DNA from: Pocillopora damicornis | Taxonomy: Eukaryota | Length of the DNA: 64,000 nucleotides | Assembly: GCF_003704095.1 (NCBI RefSeq) | Contig: NW_020847002.1 | Span: 186,001-250,000, forward strand | Direction: 5' to 3' | Shown: positions 38,501 to 50,697 of the stretch, one piece after another | Numbering within the stretch: position 1 is the first letter of the stretch | How the letters are laid out: each line of letters starts with the position of its first letter | Made by a program: the position numbers and the translations under genes | The notes under the pieces: model-generated | Seen by the model: only the letters and a program-made list of their open reading frames with translations | What the model was told of the DNA's origin: nothing | The model's database searches: none

Positions 38501-41500
38501 GGATGCGAATTGTGCGGTAACTAACTGAATGCGGCCGATCAGAATTGTCTCAGTTTACTGATTTTTTTAAGACCTGAATGAACAGACCAATCACATTACC
38601 AACATTACAAAATGCTCTATACTGGACCAAATAGCTTACAATTTTCATGTCTCTTTTATTCCAAGTGCACACCTTCAGGATATGTCTCAATGTTCTCATT
38701 GGCAACAGAACAAAAAACATGCCAATTTCACGTGAAACAAATCTATAAACTTAAGTTTGAGTTTATGAACGAGCAAATTTCGTAAGCATTTTCTAAGGCC
38801 TGTCTTTGGGCAATAGAGAACTTGGAAAACACAGCGAATGAGTTGCGATGAGGAACAAACTGTAAAAAAGGTTTAAGTTTTTTTGCTCCTTTCAGGTCGG
38901 CTGCACCAACATCAGCCACATGCTAAGTCCAAGAGGCCGAGTATATGCTGAGTTGACTGTTTCCACTGTGTCACCTGAGCATTATTTCTTGTTGACAGGA
39001 AGTTCTTCAGAGTTTCATGATCTCAGGTTAGTGCGACGCTTTAAGTTGCTGTAACTGCTGTACATTGTGTACATAACACATCTGCATTTATCAACCAAAA
39101 AAACTGTGTAAGGTAATTATCAATTTATTATTCTGAAACAACTTAATGAATGTATACAGTGTACGTGTACGTTACTGAGGGAATCCACCACAACTGTGCA
39201 CCACCGATTACCTGTGTTGTGGTTCTATTACGTAGTTCTTTTTCTGACTGAAACACGGATGTTACGTCACTTCCAATGCTAAATTTTCTTTTCCTTCCTT
39301 TATACAAATGTCGAGTCTTTTTTCAAATGATGATTTCACAAAACTTCCGTTTTATGCCAAGCAAGCTCACCAGCAAGATGGGACGCCATCTTAATTTTGC
39401 AAATTACGCTTAATTCCAAAAGTTATGATGCGCGAAGTACAGGATGCACAGTGCGGTATTTTGTGACGCGCCTCTTTGACTCTCATAAAAAAAAGACTTT
39501 AATCAAATTTACCTGCAACAATTTGACATGTTGTAGAGGCTCTACATTCGTTATCATTCACCGCTCCCTCCTCACTAATCCTTACCTTTCTTTTTTAATA
39601 AACAGGAATTGTAATCTGCGCTCTTTCCATTGCGGGAGGAGAGAGACGGGATGTTCGTTAAAAATGCTATTTTTTTGTTCTCCAATTCTTTGTAGATGGT
39701 TAAAAGACCATGCCAGCAAGGGGAATTTTGATGTCACTATTGAAAATGTAACAGATGATATATCAGTGTTGGGTATAGCAGGGCCATACTCCCGCAGCGT
39801 CCTGTCCAAACTTACTCCCACGGATATGAGCAACAGCCAATTTAAATTCTTGACTTTTAAGGACATTGAACTAGCTGGTCTTCCTGTGCGTGCTATGCGA
39901 ATTTCGTACTCTGGTGAGTAGAACTTTGGGTATCTGGTCTTGATTTCTTGGCCATAAATTTTTTTAGTATTTCCAGGTTCGACCTCTTTGATCACTTTGC
40001 ATTATTTAGAAAATGACAAGTGTTCCTGATATTTTCATTGGGTTGTAGGTGAACTCGGTTGGGAGTTATACCACAAGAATGAACACACAGCTGAGCTGTA
40101 CGAAGCTCTGTTGAGAGCTGGGGAGGAGTTTGGTATTGGAGACTTTGGTACTTATGCCATGACGGCGCTGAGAATTGAAAAAGGATTTAGGGCCTGGGGA
40201 CAAGAGGTAAAGTGTGTCTTTCAATTCAATCTCTCACAAGCCGAGTATCCTCAGGTCAAGCTATAGGTATAAGGCGTGATTAAGTTGATCTGATTCCTTG
40301 TTGTTCGTTTTGGTAGTTTTTTGTGGAGTGGTCCTCGCATAGTTTGAGATCTCTGTGGCTTCCTCTTTACGTCCTATGAAAAAGACTTGACTGAAAACGG
40401 GATTGCACGTCAGTGAGACGAGAGAAAGTAATAAGAGGAGGGAAGAAAGGGCTCTCTCTCTCTCTTCCATGTGACTTCTGCTGAAAATCCCGCCATTTTT
40501 TTTCCCGCCCACCTGTCCGTGTCCGCTGACTGACAGACCGGCACAGGGTAAAACTAAATAGCTACATTATATTTGAGTGAGGAAAAAATGTATTCATTAT
40601 CTCACTTTCCAATAGATGAATATGGACACCACCCCTCTAGAGGCTGGCTTGGATTATTTCATCAAATTTGAGAAGGTAAACTAAACACTGACATAGCTGA
40701 ACGTTATATTACATTTGGTGACTGAACTCAAGCTTAAAAAGCAACGCTCTATTTGTTCGTAGGGCGTGGACTTCATTGGGCGACAAAGTTTACTTCAGCA
40801 CAAGGAGAATGGAATCAAAAAGAAACTCTGCATGTTAACGGTGGACACAACTGATGTGGATCCTGAAGGAAATGAAACTATTTGGTTTGGAGGAAAAGTA
40901 TGTTACTTGTTATCTGCTTTTGTTTTCGTTTCCTTTTTCCACCCTCCCAAATTGTTTATGAAACTCATCTTTCTATAGATTTCACGACTCATGATCACAC
41001 GAGTTTAAGTTACAGCAGCACCTTATTAATTCAGGACCAGTTAAAGTTTATTGAATCAAGAAAAAAGGAATCTTAAGACCTCAACATTTTTATGAGTCAC
41101 AGAACAGCCGAAAAATTTTGAAAATCTGATTCACCGCGTTGCCTCATGGTCTGTCTGACAAGCTTTCTACCGGCTTCCTCGTCTTTTGTTCGTTTTCCTC
41201 TCAGCCATCCCAGGCTCCATTTTTCCCTTCTCCACCATCCCAAAACCCAGAGTCCATGTTACTCGTTCACCACCCTATCCGTTCTCTGACCGTATATTCC
41301 CAATCATATTCCTTGGAATCGTACCTCTGTGAACTTCACACTAAAGCAAACCTCTTTGGCAGGTTGTTGGTAACACGACATCTGGAGCGTACAGTTACAG
41401 ACTTAAGGAGAGCATCGCAATGGCTTACTTGCCTCTTGAACTGACGGAACTTGGATCCCGGGTTGAAGTGGAGCTTTTGGGAGCCAAATGCCCCGCAACA

Positions 41501-41593
41501 GTAGTAAAAGAACCACTGTTCGATACAGAACCTGTGCGCACAAGACGGCAACTAAAAGCTGCCAAATTAATCAAAGGAAAGGCTGCTTTATAA
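32506..41593 (+). CDS. DMGDH: Dimethylglycine dehydrogenase, mitochondrial, 15 exons, ~875 aa
   Basis: Exons 32506-32633, 33153-33315, 33657-33755, 34497-34686, 35257-35436, 36070-36295, 36693-36931, 37481-37692, 38039-38296, 38896-39026, 39696-39913, 40049-40206, 40616-40675, 40763-40897, 41363-41593 (2628 nt, in frame). Arg/Ser-rich transit peptide, VVIIGGG FAD motif, STWHAAG covalent-FAD His motif (DMGDH-type), and a C-terminal GcvT-like folate domain ([24 protein letters not shown]). Confidence 0.95.
33538..33610 (+). mobile_element. tRNA-derived SINE head (degenerate)
   Basis: tgtagctcaatgg (A-box-like) and ggtttgaatcc (B-box-like) at tRNA spacing, with no complete cloverleaf. Confidence 0.45.
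33968..34150. repeat. Palindromic MITE-like element in DMGDH intron 3
   Basis: caaatagattccaagttgccgt...gtggtaagaaca and tgttcttaccac...cggcaacttggaatctatttg form ~70-bp inverted arms. Confidence 0.8.
35533..35745. repeat. Interspersed ~210-bp MITE family (most complete copy)
   Basis: Core taagaataaaggaaatgatcacc...ttcttgattgttaaacaaattctccttgtcagcacc. Related partial copies at ~3340-3450 (reverse), ~14070-14150, ~34250-34380 and ~52333-52490. Termini resemble ttaaccct...gggtta. Confidence 0.7.
36372..36501. repeat. Short MITE with terminal inverted repeats in DMGDH intron 6
   Basis: ttaatgtcagtatct...acctacccctcccctaacccaaca mirrored by tgttgagctaggggaggggtgggt...agatactgacattaa. Confidence 0.7.
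37120..37398 (-). mobile_element. tRNA-derived SINE in DMGDH intron 7
   Basis: The minus strand starts with a tRNA-like head (ggcccattggttagtgcgctggactc...caggtttgagaacctg), followed by the SINE body tgtgttgtgttcttgggcaa...ctccacccaggagtataaataggtac. Confidence 0.6.
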
Positions 41594-42519
41594 TGTATAA
41601 GAAGACAACAAAGCACTATCATCTTCCCCCTCCCCTCTCATTAGACATTCCCTTTCCTATTCATTAGTTCTAAGAAATAACTCATTACGTTTACACGGCT
41701 CTTTGTCTTCGCAAGAGGAAGCTAAAGATTGAATACAGCAACACACCCCTCCGATCAGAAGCCTTCCTTAGAGGATTTAATCCTGACAGATAGAACACGC
41801 TTTGTGCCTTCCTTCTCGCGTCTATACATCGAAACCCATTACGGTTTGGATGACCTAACACGTTCATATTCTGTACAGTGTGTGATTTTGAGTTCGCATT
41901 GATCAGAACTCATTCCTATGGGGTTTTTTCTAAGATACACACTAAAAATGTGATGTTGTGATGTTAAAAGAACATTGTAATAGTTTTCAACCTGCCTCAG
42001 GGCTTGTGAATAGATAAATCTTTCGAGCAAAAGAAAGGTGTCAGCGTTTATTATGCATCCTATTGACTTTTACAGCTCACGTTCATACGTTTTAATTTAA
42101 TTTTCTGATATCAACACATTGGCTGACCCGCAAACAACCACAGCGAGCCGAAGGCGGGTCGGTTACTCAGACACCACCATCATTATTTATGCTAAGTTAG
42201 TTTATGAAGAAGTCCATTGGGGTAGTTCCTAATTGAATTAACCAGAAACGCTAAGGATCAAATCCTAAATTATGACAAACTCTTTTTGGTGCAGAGCGAT
42301 TGACAACCAAAAATCCACAATTAACAAAAAAATTTTTAACAAGTCGTTTGATGCCTCCAAGCTTAAGACAAATATCTTATCACTCAATGTGTCATTAAAT
42401 GTCCCTTGAAAACGTATCTAGACGGATGACTTAGCGAGAGAATTCAAGACATGAAAAGGAAGACTTTGGAAAAGCCGAAATTAATGCAAACAGAGTACAA
42501 AACACTCAAGTTTCATGGT

Positions 42520-45500
42520 TCAGTGAGTCTCTGCGTATGCAGCAAGCTTATGCAGTTCCTCGTCAGTAGTCAGAGTCTTTTGTTGAATCATGTTTTTGTC
42601 TGCCACCTTAAGATTTCCCCACTGTGAATCCAGCTCACGTAAAGCGCTACTGAATGGCCGACCACTAGTGGGCTGCAAGTTCTCCCAATGAGATCGGCGA
42701 GCCCTGAAAATCATTAACGGTAAAAAAAGTTTTTTGGAACTTCGGCATATTTTAAATTTTTTTGTATCAGTTGCACTTGCCACAACTTATTTGGCTTTAA
42801 AGACTAAAATGTTACCATTCTTGGATCAGCATTTGCGAACAAATTATCAAAGGCATCACTTATTTAGCTTTAGTTACTTAACCCCTGGGATTTTTTTTTT
42901 TTTCGATCCTTAACCCTCGGGTTTAGTTTTGCTGCGGGATTGCGAGTGCCTATAAACCAAACTTGTCATCAGAGGTACTGTACGTTTCCGTTGTCAGATC
43001 CCAGGGGTAATATCTCATTTGGCCCTAAATTACGGCGAATGTGCTGCCGAAAGGCCTCTCCTCATAGGCTATGCCTTTCATCACAACTAACCTTTGCTTA
43101 GTTTAATCCCTGAGGGGTTCTCTTACCTGGCTCTAACCCAAGGATAGGTGTGCTGCCGTAGGGCGTCTCCCCATGGAGCATGCTTCTCGCTAGCTGGAGG
43201 TAATTTACCACGTTCTTTTGCAAGCTGGTAACAGCAACAATAAAAAAAAAAGATATGTTGAGCTTTGATTGTAGTTTGAATATCTCTTCTTTCTTATTTG
43301 TCAAAAACATGCACGATCCACAACAAAGATTGAAAGAAAGCTTGCAAACCCAAGCATTTTCATGCACGGTTTCATTCATTTTGTTCGCTGATGCATTTTG
43401 TATTTTCTCTGCAAAAATGTTCAAGTAGATACATTGTGGGACGACGGATTTTACTTTAATTTATCTTAGTTACTCATGACATGAAACTAGAGACCTCTTC
43501 AGCTATGGCTCGAACGTGATAAGGCTCCATTCCACAGCATGCTCCAATGTATCGAATGCCCATATCATAAGCTTTACGAGCGTACTTGTGCATGTCAAAC
43601 CGAGTGAGCAAACGAGTCTCCATAGCTAAAAGAAAAGAGAAAATAAAGAGTGTTTGCGTCAATAGAACGTGTCAAACGGGGAAATATCCCGGAAATAATA
43701 GTTCTCAGGTAAGTGAGTTAGACATCAAAATTACATTACTTAGGAGTAGTGAAGTGGCACTTTCAAGGTTAACAAGGTGGTTCTAGGCTTCACAGTTTGT
43801 TAATAAATCGAAAAAAAAATAAGAGAGCAAAGTAAAGCAGAACCACGCGCATTCCAAATCACTCTCGACAGTCAATTAAAAATTGCAGTATCTTAACTAT
43901 CACACCATAAGGAAACTCCGCTAGTCCTGTAATCCCCATTCGTCTGGCTGGGTTAGTGTGGTCGAGACACTCCGGTGTCTTGTAACCCATTGGCTGAACA
44001 ATCAGATGACGTTTGAGTCCTTCCTTTTCCAGGGCCTGTTTCATAATCTTCATGGTTTCCAAGCATACGTCCGGATCATAGTAACAATTCACACCGATCA
44101 TGTCGGCACCTGCCGAAAAATAAGAAAAACAAAAAAATTGTATCATTTTGTAATTCATGGTAGTTTTTTCTTCCTTTTATTTGGCTAAGAGCCTAGAATG
44201 TGGCCTGCAGATAACTGCATATACATGCATGATACCGTTTATTGTGTCTTGTTGCTCCAGACGTACTGCGTATAATATTTTGCTCATTCACGCTTGAGCC
44301 CGTGATCGTTTGCGGAAAAAGCCAGCGTGATTTCCTCGGCTGTTAGAGAAGAAAATCTCGTTCCAGACTCAGACGCAGATTCATTCAACTAAATTGAGAA
44401 ACTCATGCCTTAGTATAGCTCCCATGAGACAAACACTTGAGACAAACCCAGTCTTTGGGCGGGTTTAAAGCATCGAAGTAGTAAGGCATCGAAGGAAGGC
44501 TAGCAGAGCTTCAGATAACTGTTACCTGCTTTAGCGATTCTCACAGCACACTCTTCAACAGACACTCCTTCCAAATCTCCGGCAGAACAGATGTTAAGGC
44601 ACATGGCAATTGGTTTTCCTGTGGCTTTCATCACTTCAAGGGCCCATTCTGCCTCCTCTACATAGAAAAACAACTAACCAAGACAATTTAATCAGTTCAC
44701 ATTCCCTATTTTAACCAGAGTTCATGAAACAAGCCATATGCTGCACATAGGATAATTCATGTCCGATGTGGAAAGCTGTGAAAAGGGTAAACCAAGGTTA
44801 TTTCAAAATTACTATGAACAGAAACTCTTGTGTTGCTTAGTTACTGGGAATTACGGTACTGATTATGTTCAAGTAATGCAAAGCGTAGGAAGATGTAACG
44901 TTACCTCTCCGATCAGAAAATCCACGTCATTCTTGACAAAAATGTCGATTTGTTCCTGAAACTCTCTCTGAACGGCTTCTTTGCCAAGTCCTGACATGTA
45001 TGAGGGCGTTTGGCAGATGTTACCTGCTACGAGGGCGTCGCCCTCGTTGGCCACTTGACGCGCGAGATCACACGCAGCTTGATTGATGCGCTTGCACTTA
45101 AACAGAACGAAGACAAACAACTCGATCAAAGTATATTTTTAAATCACTACCCTAAATCGATTTGAAAGAAACTTCAACTGAGTTGTTCTTACCCCAATCT
45201 TATCGGAAGCTGTGTTACCACGATTGCGTAACTTGTCATCACTGGCGTAGAAAGTAAACGTCTGCATCACATCGGCGCCTGCCCGAAGAAACTCTCGATG
45301 CAGTTGCAAGACTAAACAAAACAGAAGTAAGAAACATTTATTTTCTTCCTTTAGCCATTGGAACAAAAAAGACTCTCGATTTCCATCCATCTCATTTTTT
45401 ATGGCCCGTAATTTATCCCTTATGTCTTATCTTTTATGTCTTTCCTCCTCTTTTAAATTTTTATTCGTATTTGACATTCGACATTTTGAATTTTCCATGC

Positions 45501-46194
45501 CAATACATATTTTCCGGTCCTTATTCTTTATTTTCTGTTTCCTATTTTATTTTCAATTCAGCCTTTTCCATTGTACATTCTCTGCGCAGCATTTCCGCTT
45601 CGTCATTCCCCATTCTACATTTCCCAACCTCCAATAGGGATTTTTCCTTCTGTAGTCTCGACATTGTATTCCTCTTTCTCGCTCCAACTTCTTCTCACAC
45701 GCTCTCCATTTCTTGTTTTCTAAATTTTGATCGCCCCTCTATAATTGACATTATCACAGATGCCATTTTTTTCAACGATTTTCCATTTACCCCCTGCCAT
45801 TCCCTTTCCCCGTTCCTTCCTTTACGCTCTTTGTACTCCAATTCTTGCTCCCGACCCTCATATCCCGTTCTCCGAACACCATTCTTCTTTCTCCTTCGCC
45901 CGTTCCCCAGGTTCCTCAGTTACTCGGTTCTACAGTTCATCGGTTCTCTCTTTCCATATGATAGCATGGTGTAGTTGAACAGACTTATCTTGAAAATCCG
46001 GTTGAACAAGTCTTTTGATGCTCTTACAAAAGAATGTTCAGGAATTACATTTATCTGCGTCATTACGCTCGCGCCAATGTAAACAACTAGCAGGTAATTT
46101 AGTGTTAACAACTGGGTTGAAAACGTAAATTAACCACCGTAAAGGGTAAAAAAGCTGACGTTTCGAGCGTTAGCCCTTCGTCAGAGCGATTGAA

Positions 46195-46227
<33 letters not shown>

Positions 46228-46892
46228 TTTATTCAATGTAAACAACTACATGCATTATGCAAATTACAGTTTAACTAGTGGGGCCATTCACACTTTTTGT
46301 CCCTTCAGTTTAAATTCATCCACTGATGAATTGCCTGACAATAAGTGGCCGCTAAGTTATTCTTGAGGATTTAAGGGGTACCACGTAACATCACAAAGAG
46401 AGGAGTTAAATTTCCGAAACAAATTCGGGAGATCCATGTTATTTAGACAGGGTTCGAATTATCAGTTACTATATTTAAGGACCCTCTCCCTCTAATTAAA
46501 AGGTCACTTCAGGCCAAACCTTTGATGTTTCTTATTTTTTCGCAAGTGATTATGTTTTTCACCTCTTATACTCACTGCAACGCACTCCTGATTGTATGTG
46601 GTGATGAAATGTGGTGTCTGAGATCGACGCTGGTCGCATTTTAAAGTTAGGTTTCCACTATAAATATGCAAATAGGGCATCGTGTTGAAATGGATTCGAC
46701 ACATACGATCAATCCTCGAAAACAGAAGGAATAGATCTTACCTGCTTCTGGATGCTCTACTGTAGCTTCTGGTGTCCACACTCCCGCTTTAACATAGCCC
46801 CTTCTCTCCATACAGAACAAAAAGCCCCCATCTCCTACAATAACCTCGCCGGAGTCAAGACGCTGTAAAATCCCTCGCTTTGATGAAGACAT
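42520..46892 (-). CDS. BHMT: Betaine-homocysteine S-methyltransferase (intact copy 2), 8 exons, ~408 aa
   Basis: Exons 46742-46892, 45193-45311, 44905-45096, 44526-44673, 43906-44109, 43495-43625, 43127-43224, 42520-42703 (1227 nt, in frame). Motifs: GDGGF, GYVKAGxWTPE, [20 protein letters not shown], Zn ligands GVNC and GACCG, PWVRAR, SGRPF. Confidence 0.95.
45380..45960. repeat. Pyrimidine-rich low-complexity tract in BHMT intron 1
   Basis: Strong T/C skew on the + strand. The overlapping ORFs are F/S/P-rich compositional artefacts. Confidence 0.55.
46153..46188 (-). ncRNA. Minimal hammerhead ribozyme motif in a short interspersed repeat, BHMT intron 1
   Basis: Minus strand: GCU-CUGACGA-A-GGGC-UAAC-GCUC-GAAAC-GUC-AGC. 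Core boxes are intact, with a 3-bp stem I and a 4-bp stem II. Confidence 0.65.
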
Positions 46893-49089
46893 TGCATAAA
46901 ATGAACTGTTACTTGGGAAAACGTGTTCTTACGCTTCAAGTAAACAAGTGCAAGATGAAAAAAAAAATATGTAGCTAATCAAAGCCTCATGTTTTTCCAG
47001 GTTCAAAACAAGTTGCAACTAGTTTGACCAGATGTAAACCAGATTGTTCGCTGCATCTTTAACATTTGCACCAAAAATATTGATAGTGATTTCAAAACGT
47101 TGTTAAGCGAGTAAAACTCATACATATTCAGAGAACTTCTTCCCTCTGAGCCACCTGCCTGAAGGCATCATAACTTTGGAGACAACATACTTTTAGAAAG
47201 AAAAGAAACCACAAAAATAAAAGTAAAACTTAATAATAATGGCTAAATGTTTTTTACGCCTTTGTGTCTTTTCTGTGTCACGCACCAGTCAACATGTAAC
47301 AGTGCAAATCATGAAAATTTGGAAGCTGGAACAAGGAAATCTGGAACTGTTCCCGTATCTCCATGTTTAGTTCAGGGAAGGATTTGGTCATGAAACTTAA
47401 CATGAAGCGCAACGCAGCAACCTGAGTCAATTGAAAAAACAATGTTCAGATTTCCAAAATTTAATTAGTAATATTAAAAATGAACTGTTAATCAATGTGA
47501 ACAAACATGTTATAGTCCCTATGATTTATTTGATTTAAAGGAAAATGATGGTTTATTGCGTTGAAACATTTATCTCATCTCATCAGTAGTTAGTGAACGT
47601 GCAACGGAAAAATCGATAACATCAAAGGATCAAGCTTTCACCCCTTTGAAATAATCTTCTCCTCCCTCCTTCGCGTCGGCGCTATTTGGCCATACTTAGT
47701 GGGCTATCATTTACGCGAAACCCACTTCAATCCTGCTTAGCATGAGAGGTACACTTTCCTATCTTCCAGCTAAGCATAAAATCGTTATCATTCGACAATA
47801 CCATTATGTTCCTCCACGAGAGCGTTAAGTATCGGAAGAGGTGACCCTATTCGACGGAATGACAGAGTGGTGGAGTATCATAAAACGCGGAATGACAGGC
47901 ATCAGAGAAAATATCTATTTAGTATTAAAAAAACTTGATACTCGACTCGTTCTCCAAGTAGAATAAGGTTCATTTCTTTTTTATTCAGCCAGAATTTCAT
48001 GCGGTGGTTTGTCTAGACGAACGTAAATGTTTTGTGAGCGAGAAAATGCAAGGAAAATATAATCATTCACGGAAACTCACATAAAATAGTTATTTACCTG
48101 AATTTACCCGAGTTAAAGTCATCTTGGATTTCAATTTCCCTACGTCAAGAGGTCACACGGTCCTCTGTCATTAGTGTTTGGGTAAAAAAAAAAAAAATAA
48201 GAGACAAATATCATTCCTACAAAAACATTTATGCGCGCAAATAACATCGTATCATGAACTACTAAAATTACGAGTGTTTGGTAACTACTTAAATAAGGAA
48301 TATTCTCAGGCTGAATGTTTAGGAATTGTTTAGGCCAGTTACACTATCTTGAAATCCTTATGCGAGTCTCACTTGTGAGCCTTGGTTTGTTATATGCTGC
48401 AAGGCCACTCATTTATTTTACCCTTTGAGTGATGTGTCCTTGACCGTATTGAGGCTTCATTCTCGTACAATGATCGTCATTGCTGGTCGAGTTTGGGTTT
48501 GTCTTTGACCTTGCTCAGAATCCACACAGGAAGTTTTGATTTGGTTTTAGTTCTCGAAGATTGGTTGTTTTTCAAGTACTTTGTTGTTCGAATGTCTTGT
48601 GAGATTTTTTCGGTTAGCGCTCTAAAAATATGTGTACTCTGCCAAGGTCAGTTGTCCCATAATTCAAAACATGCCTACCAGTAGGGTAATTAAGAGCATA
48701 TACTTAGGGCTGAATTTAAGAGAAAGAGGAAGGAGACAGTTTCAGAGAGTGAAATAAACTGTTCTTGATCAGACTCCTGGTGCCTCCCGATTGCGCGCGG
48801 ATGTTGGAGCTGGTCTACCCCAACAGTCCAATAATGGAAAACACGCCTGAAACTCTAGTATATCAAAGCGTTTTCATTCTCAATTCATTGTAATGGCGAT
48901 CAAGAGTGCACAAAGAATGCGACAAACCCTGCATTACAAGGATAACACGTTTCAGCGCTTATAATGCACAACAAGATCTTTCTAACTTTCATGGCATTGT
49001 ATCGCTTCCATTATTTTATGCTAAGTATCTAAGTAGGTTTAATAAGAATTCCATTCGAACTAAAATATAATTATACTTTCCCAGTAACT

Positions 49090-50075
49090 TACTGGATCAG
49101 ATCCTAGATTATGACAAACCGTTTTGCAAAATTTGGTGCAGAGCTATTGATAACAAAAACTTATCGCTGAAGAAAATAAAATATCCAAAAAAGTCTCTTG
49201 GCACCTCCGAGCTTTAAACCAAAATACAAGCACACAGTACGTCATTAGCAAGCTGACTCAGCAATACTGTGACATCGAAAGTAAGACTTGGGAAAAGCCC
49301 TAATTAATGCAAACAGAATACTGACACTCAGTTTCATGGTTCAGTGAGTTTGTGCGTATGCAGCAAGCTTATGTAGTTCTTCGTTAGTAGTCAGAGTCTT
49401 TTGCTGAATCAAGTTCTTGTCTTCCACTTTTTAAAGTAATCTTAAAAGATTTCTCAATTGTGAATCCAGCTCACGCAAAGTGCTACTGAACGGCCGACTG
49501 CTAGTGGGCAATGAAATCGGCAAACCCTGAAAATCATTAAAAGTAACAATAAAACATGATGGAACATTACTTTCTCTTGCCTTCTTCACTTGCCTTCTCT
49601 TATTTTCTCTTTTTGAACTTCGGCTTTTTTTAATACATCGGTCGGACTTGATTGAGCTTATTTAAAATTAGCTTTAACATAACCCCTTCTCTCCATACAG
49701 AACGAAAAGCCCCCATCTCCTACAATAACCTCGCTTGCATCAAGACGCTCTAAAATCCCTCTCTTTGATGAAGACATTGCATAAACCGAAACATTATTTT
49801 GGAAAACGAGAACAAGCGCAATGATACTAAAAATTTTCAGTTATGCTCAGCTTTAAAACAAAGTAGCCCTAACCCTAAGCAAAAACTTGTTTTATCGAGT
49901 TCAAAACAAGCTCAACTAGTTTGACTAGACAACTTGACAATTAGACTGTCCTTAAGTCATTGCATCTGCTAAAGAAATTAGTACTTAAATCCTAAAGACG
50001 TTTACATCGAAATAGCTCTCCTGCCTCTGACCCGCCTTGCTCAAGACGGAAATAATTTTGGAGAAACCACAAAGA
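49090..50075 (-). pseudogene. BHMT: Internally deleted tandem duplicate of BHMT (copy 3)
   Basis: An exon-1 fragment at 49671-49777 ([36 protein letters not shown]) lies ~150 bp from a last-exon homologue at 49341-49526 that carries indels. The flanks match the 3' (~42250-42520) and 5' (~46893-47200) flanks of copy 2. Confidence 0.9.
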
Positions 50076-50404
50076 AAATATATATATTTTTACCACATTT
50101 GGCGGTAATGTCCCAATCTGATTGGTCAATTGGCCGTTGTCGATAAGAGTACAGACATCGCTGCTCGCGTCACCGTGTCATGCAATGTCTGTAATGGATG
50201 ACTCAGAAATTTCGACGTCGATAGTGAGGTGAAAAACAAATCCACAGTGGTAAAAACCACATTCAGGCAATCAATTTACAAGGAAATATGTAACAGTTTA
50301 AGAGGAGAGTTAACAATCAGATCTTGGGATTTAAATGATTAAGCCCCAGGAAAAAATACATGCTATTACTGCTATTGGTAAGTTTCCTCTTCGCCAGTGC
50401 GCGG

Positions 50405-50697
50405 TTTTTAAAGAACACAAACCCAACACTCGTCTGAACTCAGGAATCCAAAGAACATACGCAACAGGGTTGACAAACGAGTTGGACTAATTCAAAATGT
50501 TCACCATGTGATGAAACATCCAAGGCTATAAAGGCTGAGGAAATAAGGGAGGCTTTAGAGGAAACGGTATCAACGATCATGAAGAAAATAGAAAAGCTAA
50601 TAATAACTCCCGACTTTGTAAATGAAATAGGACAACTTACAGAGCTCAATATGAGATCAACGAGGGCCAGATTAACAGCAAGAAATAAGGCTTTCTT
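50405..50697 (-). pseudogene. Rhodopsin-class GPCR pseudogene fragment
   Basis: Minus strand: TM2 KKALFLAVNLALVDLILSSVSCP, TM3 DTVSSKASLISSAFIALD, then in another frame TM7/helix 8 N*SNSFVNPVAYVLWIPEFRRVL (NPxxY). TM4-6 are missing. Confidence 0.7.

Noticed and set aside
45401-45978. Overlapping ORFs up to 167 aa in BHMT intron 1
   Set aside because: Low-complexity pyrimidine tract that lacks stops by composition.
48420-48850. Two exon-like minus-strand segments between BHMT copies 2 and 3
   Set aside because: They contain stops and no identifiable motif. They may be decayed gene or transposon fragments but cannot be assigned.
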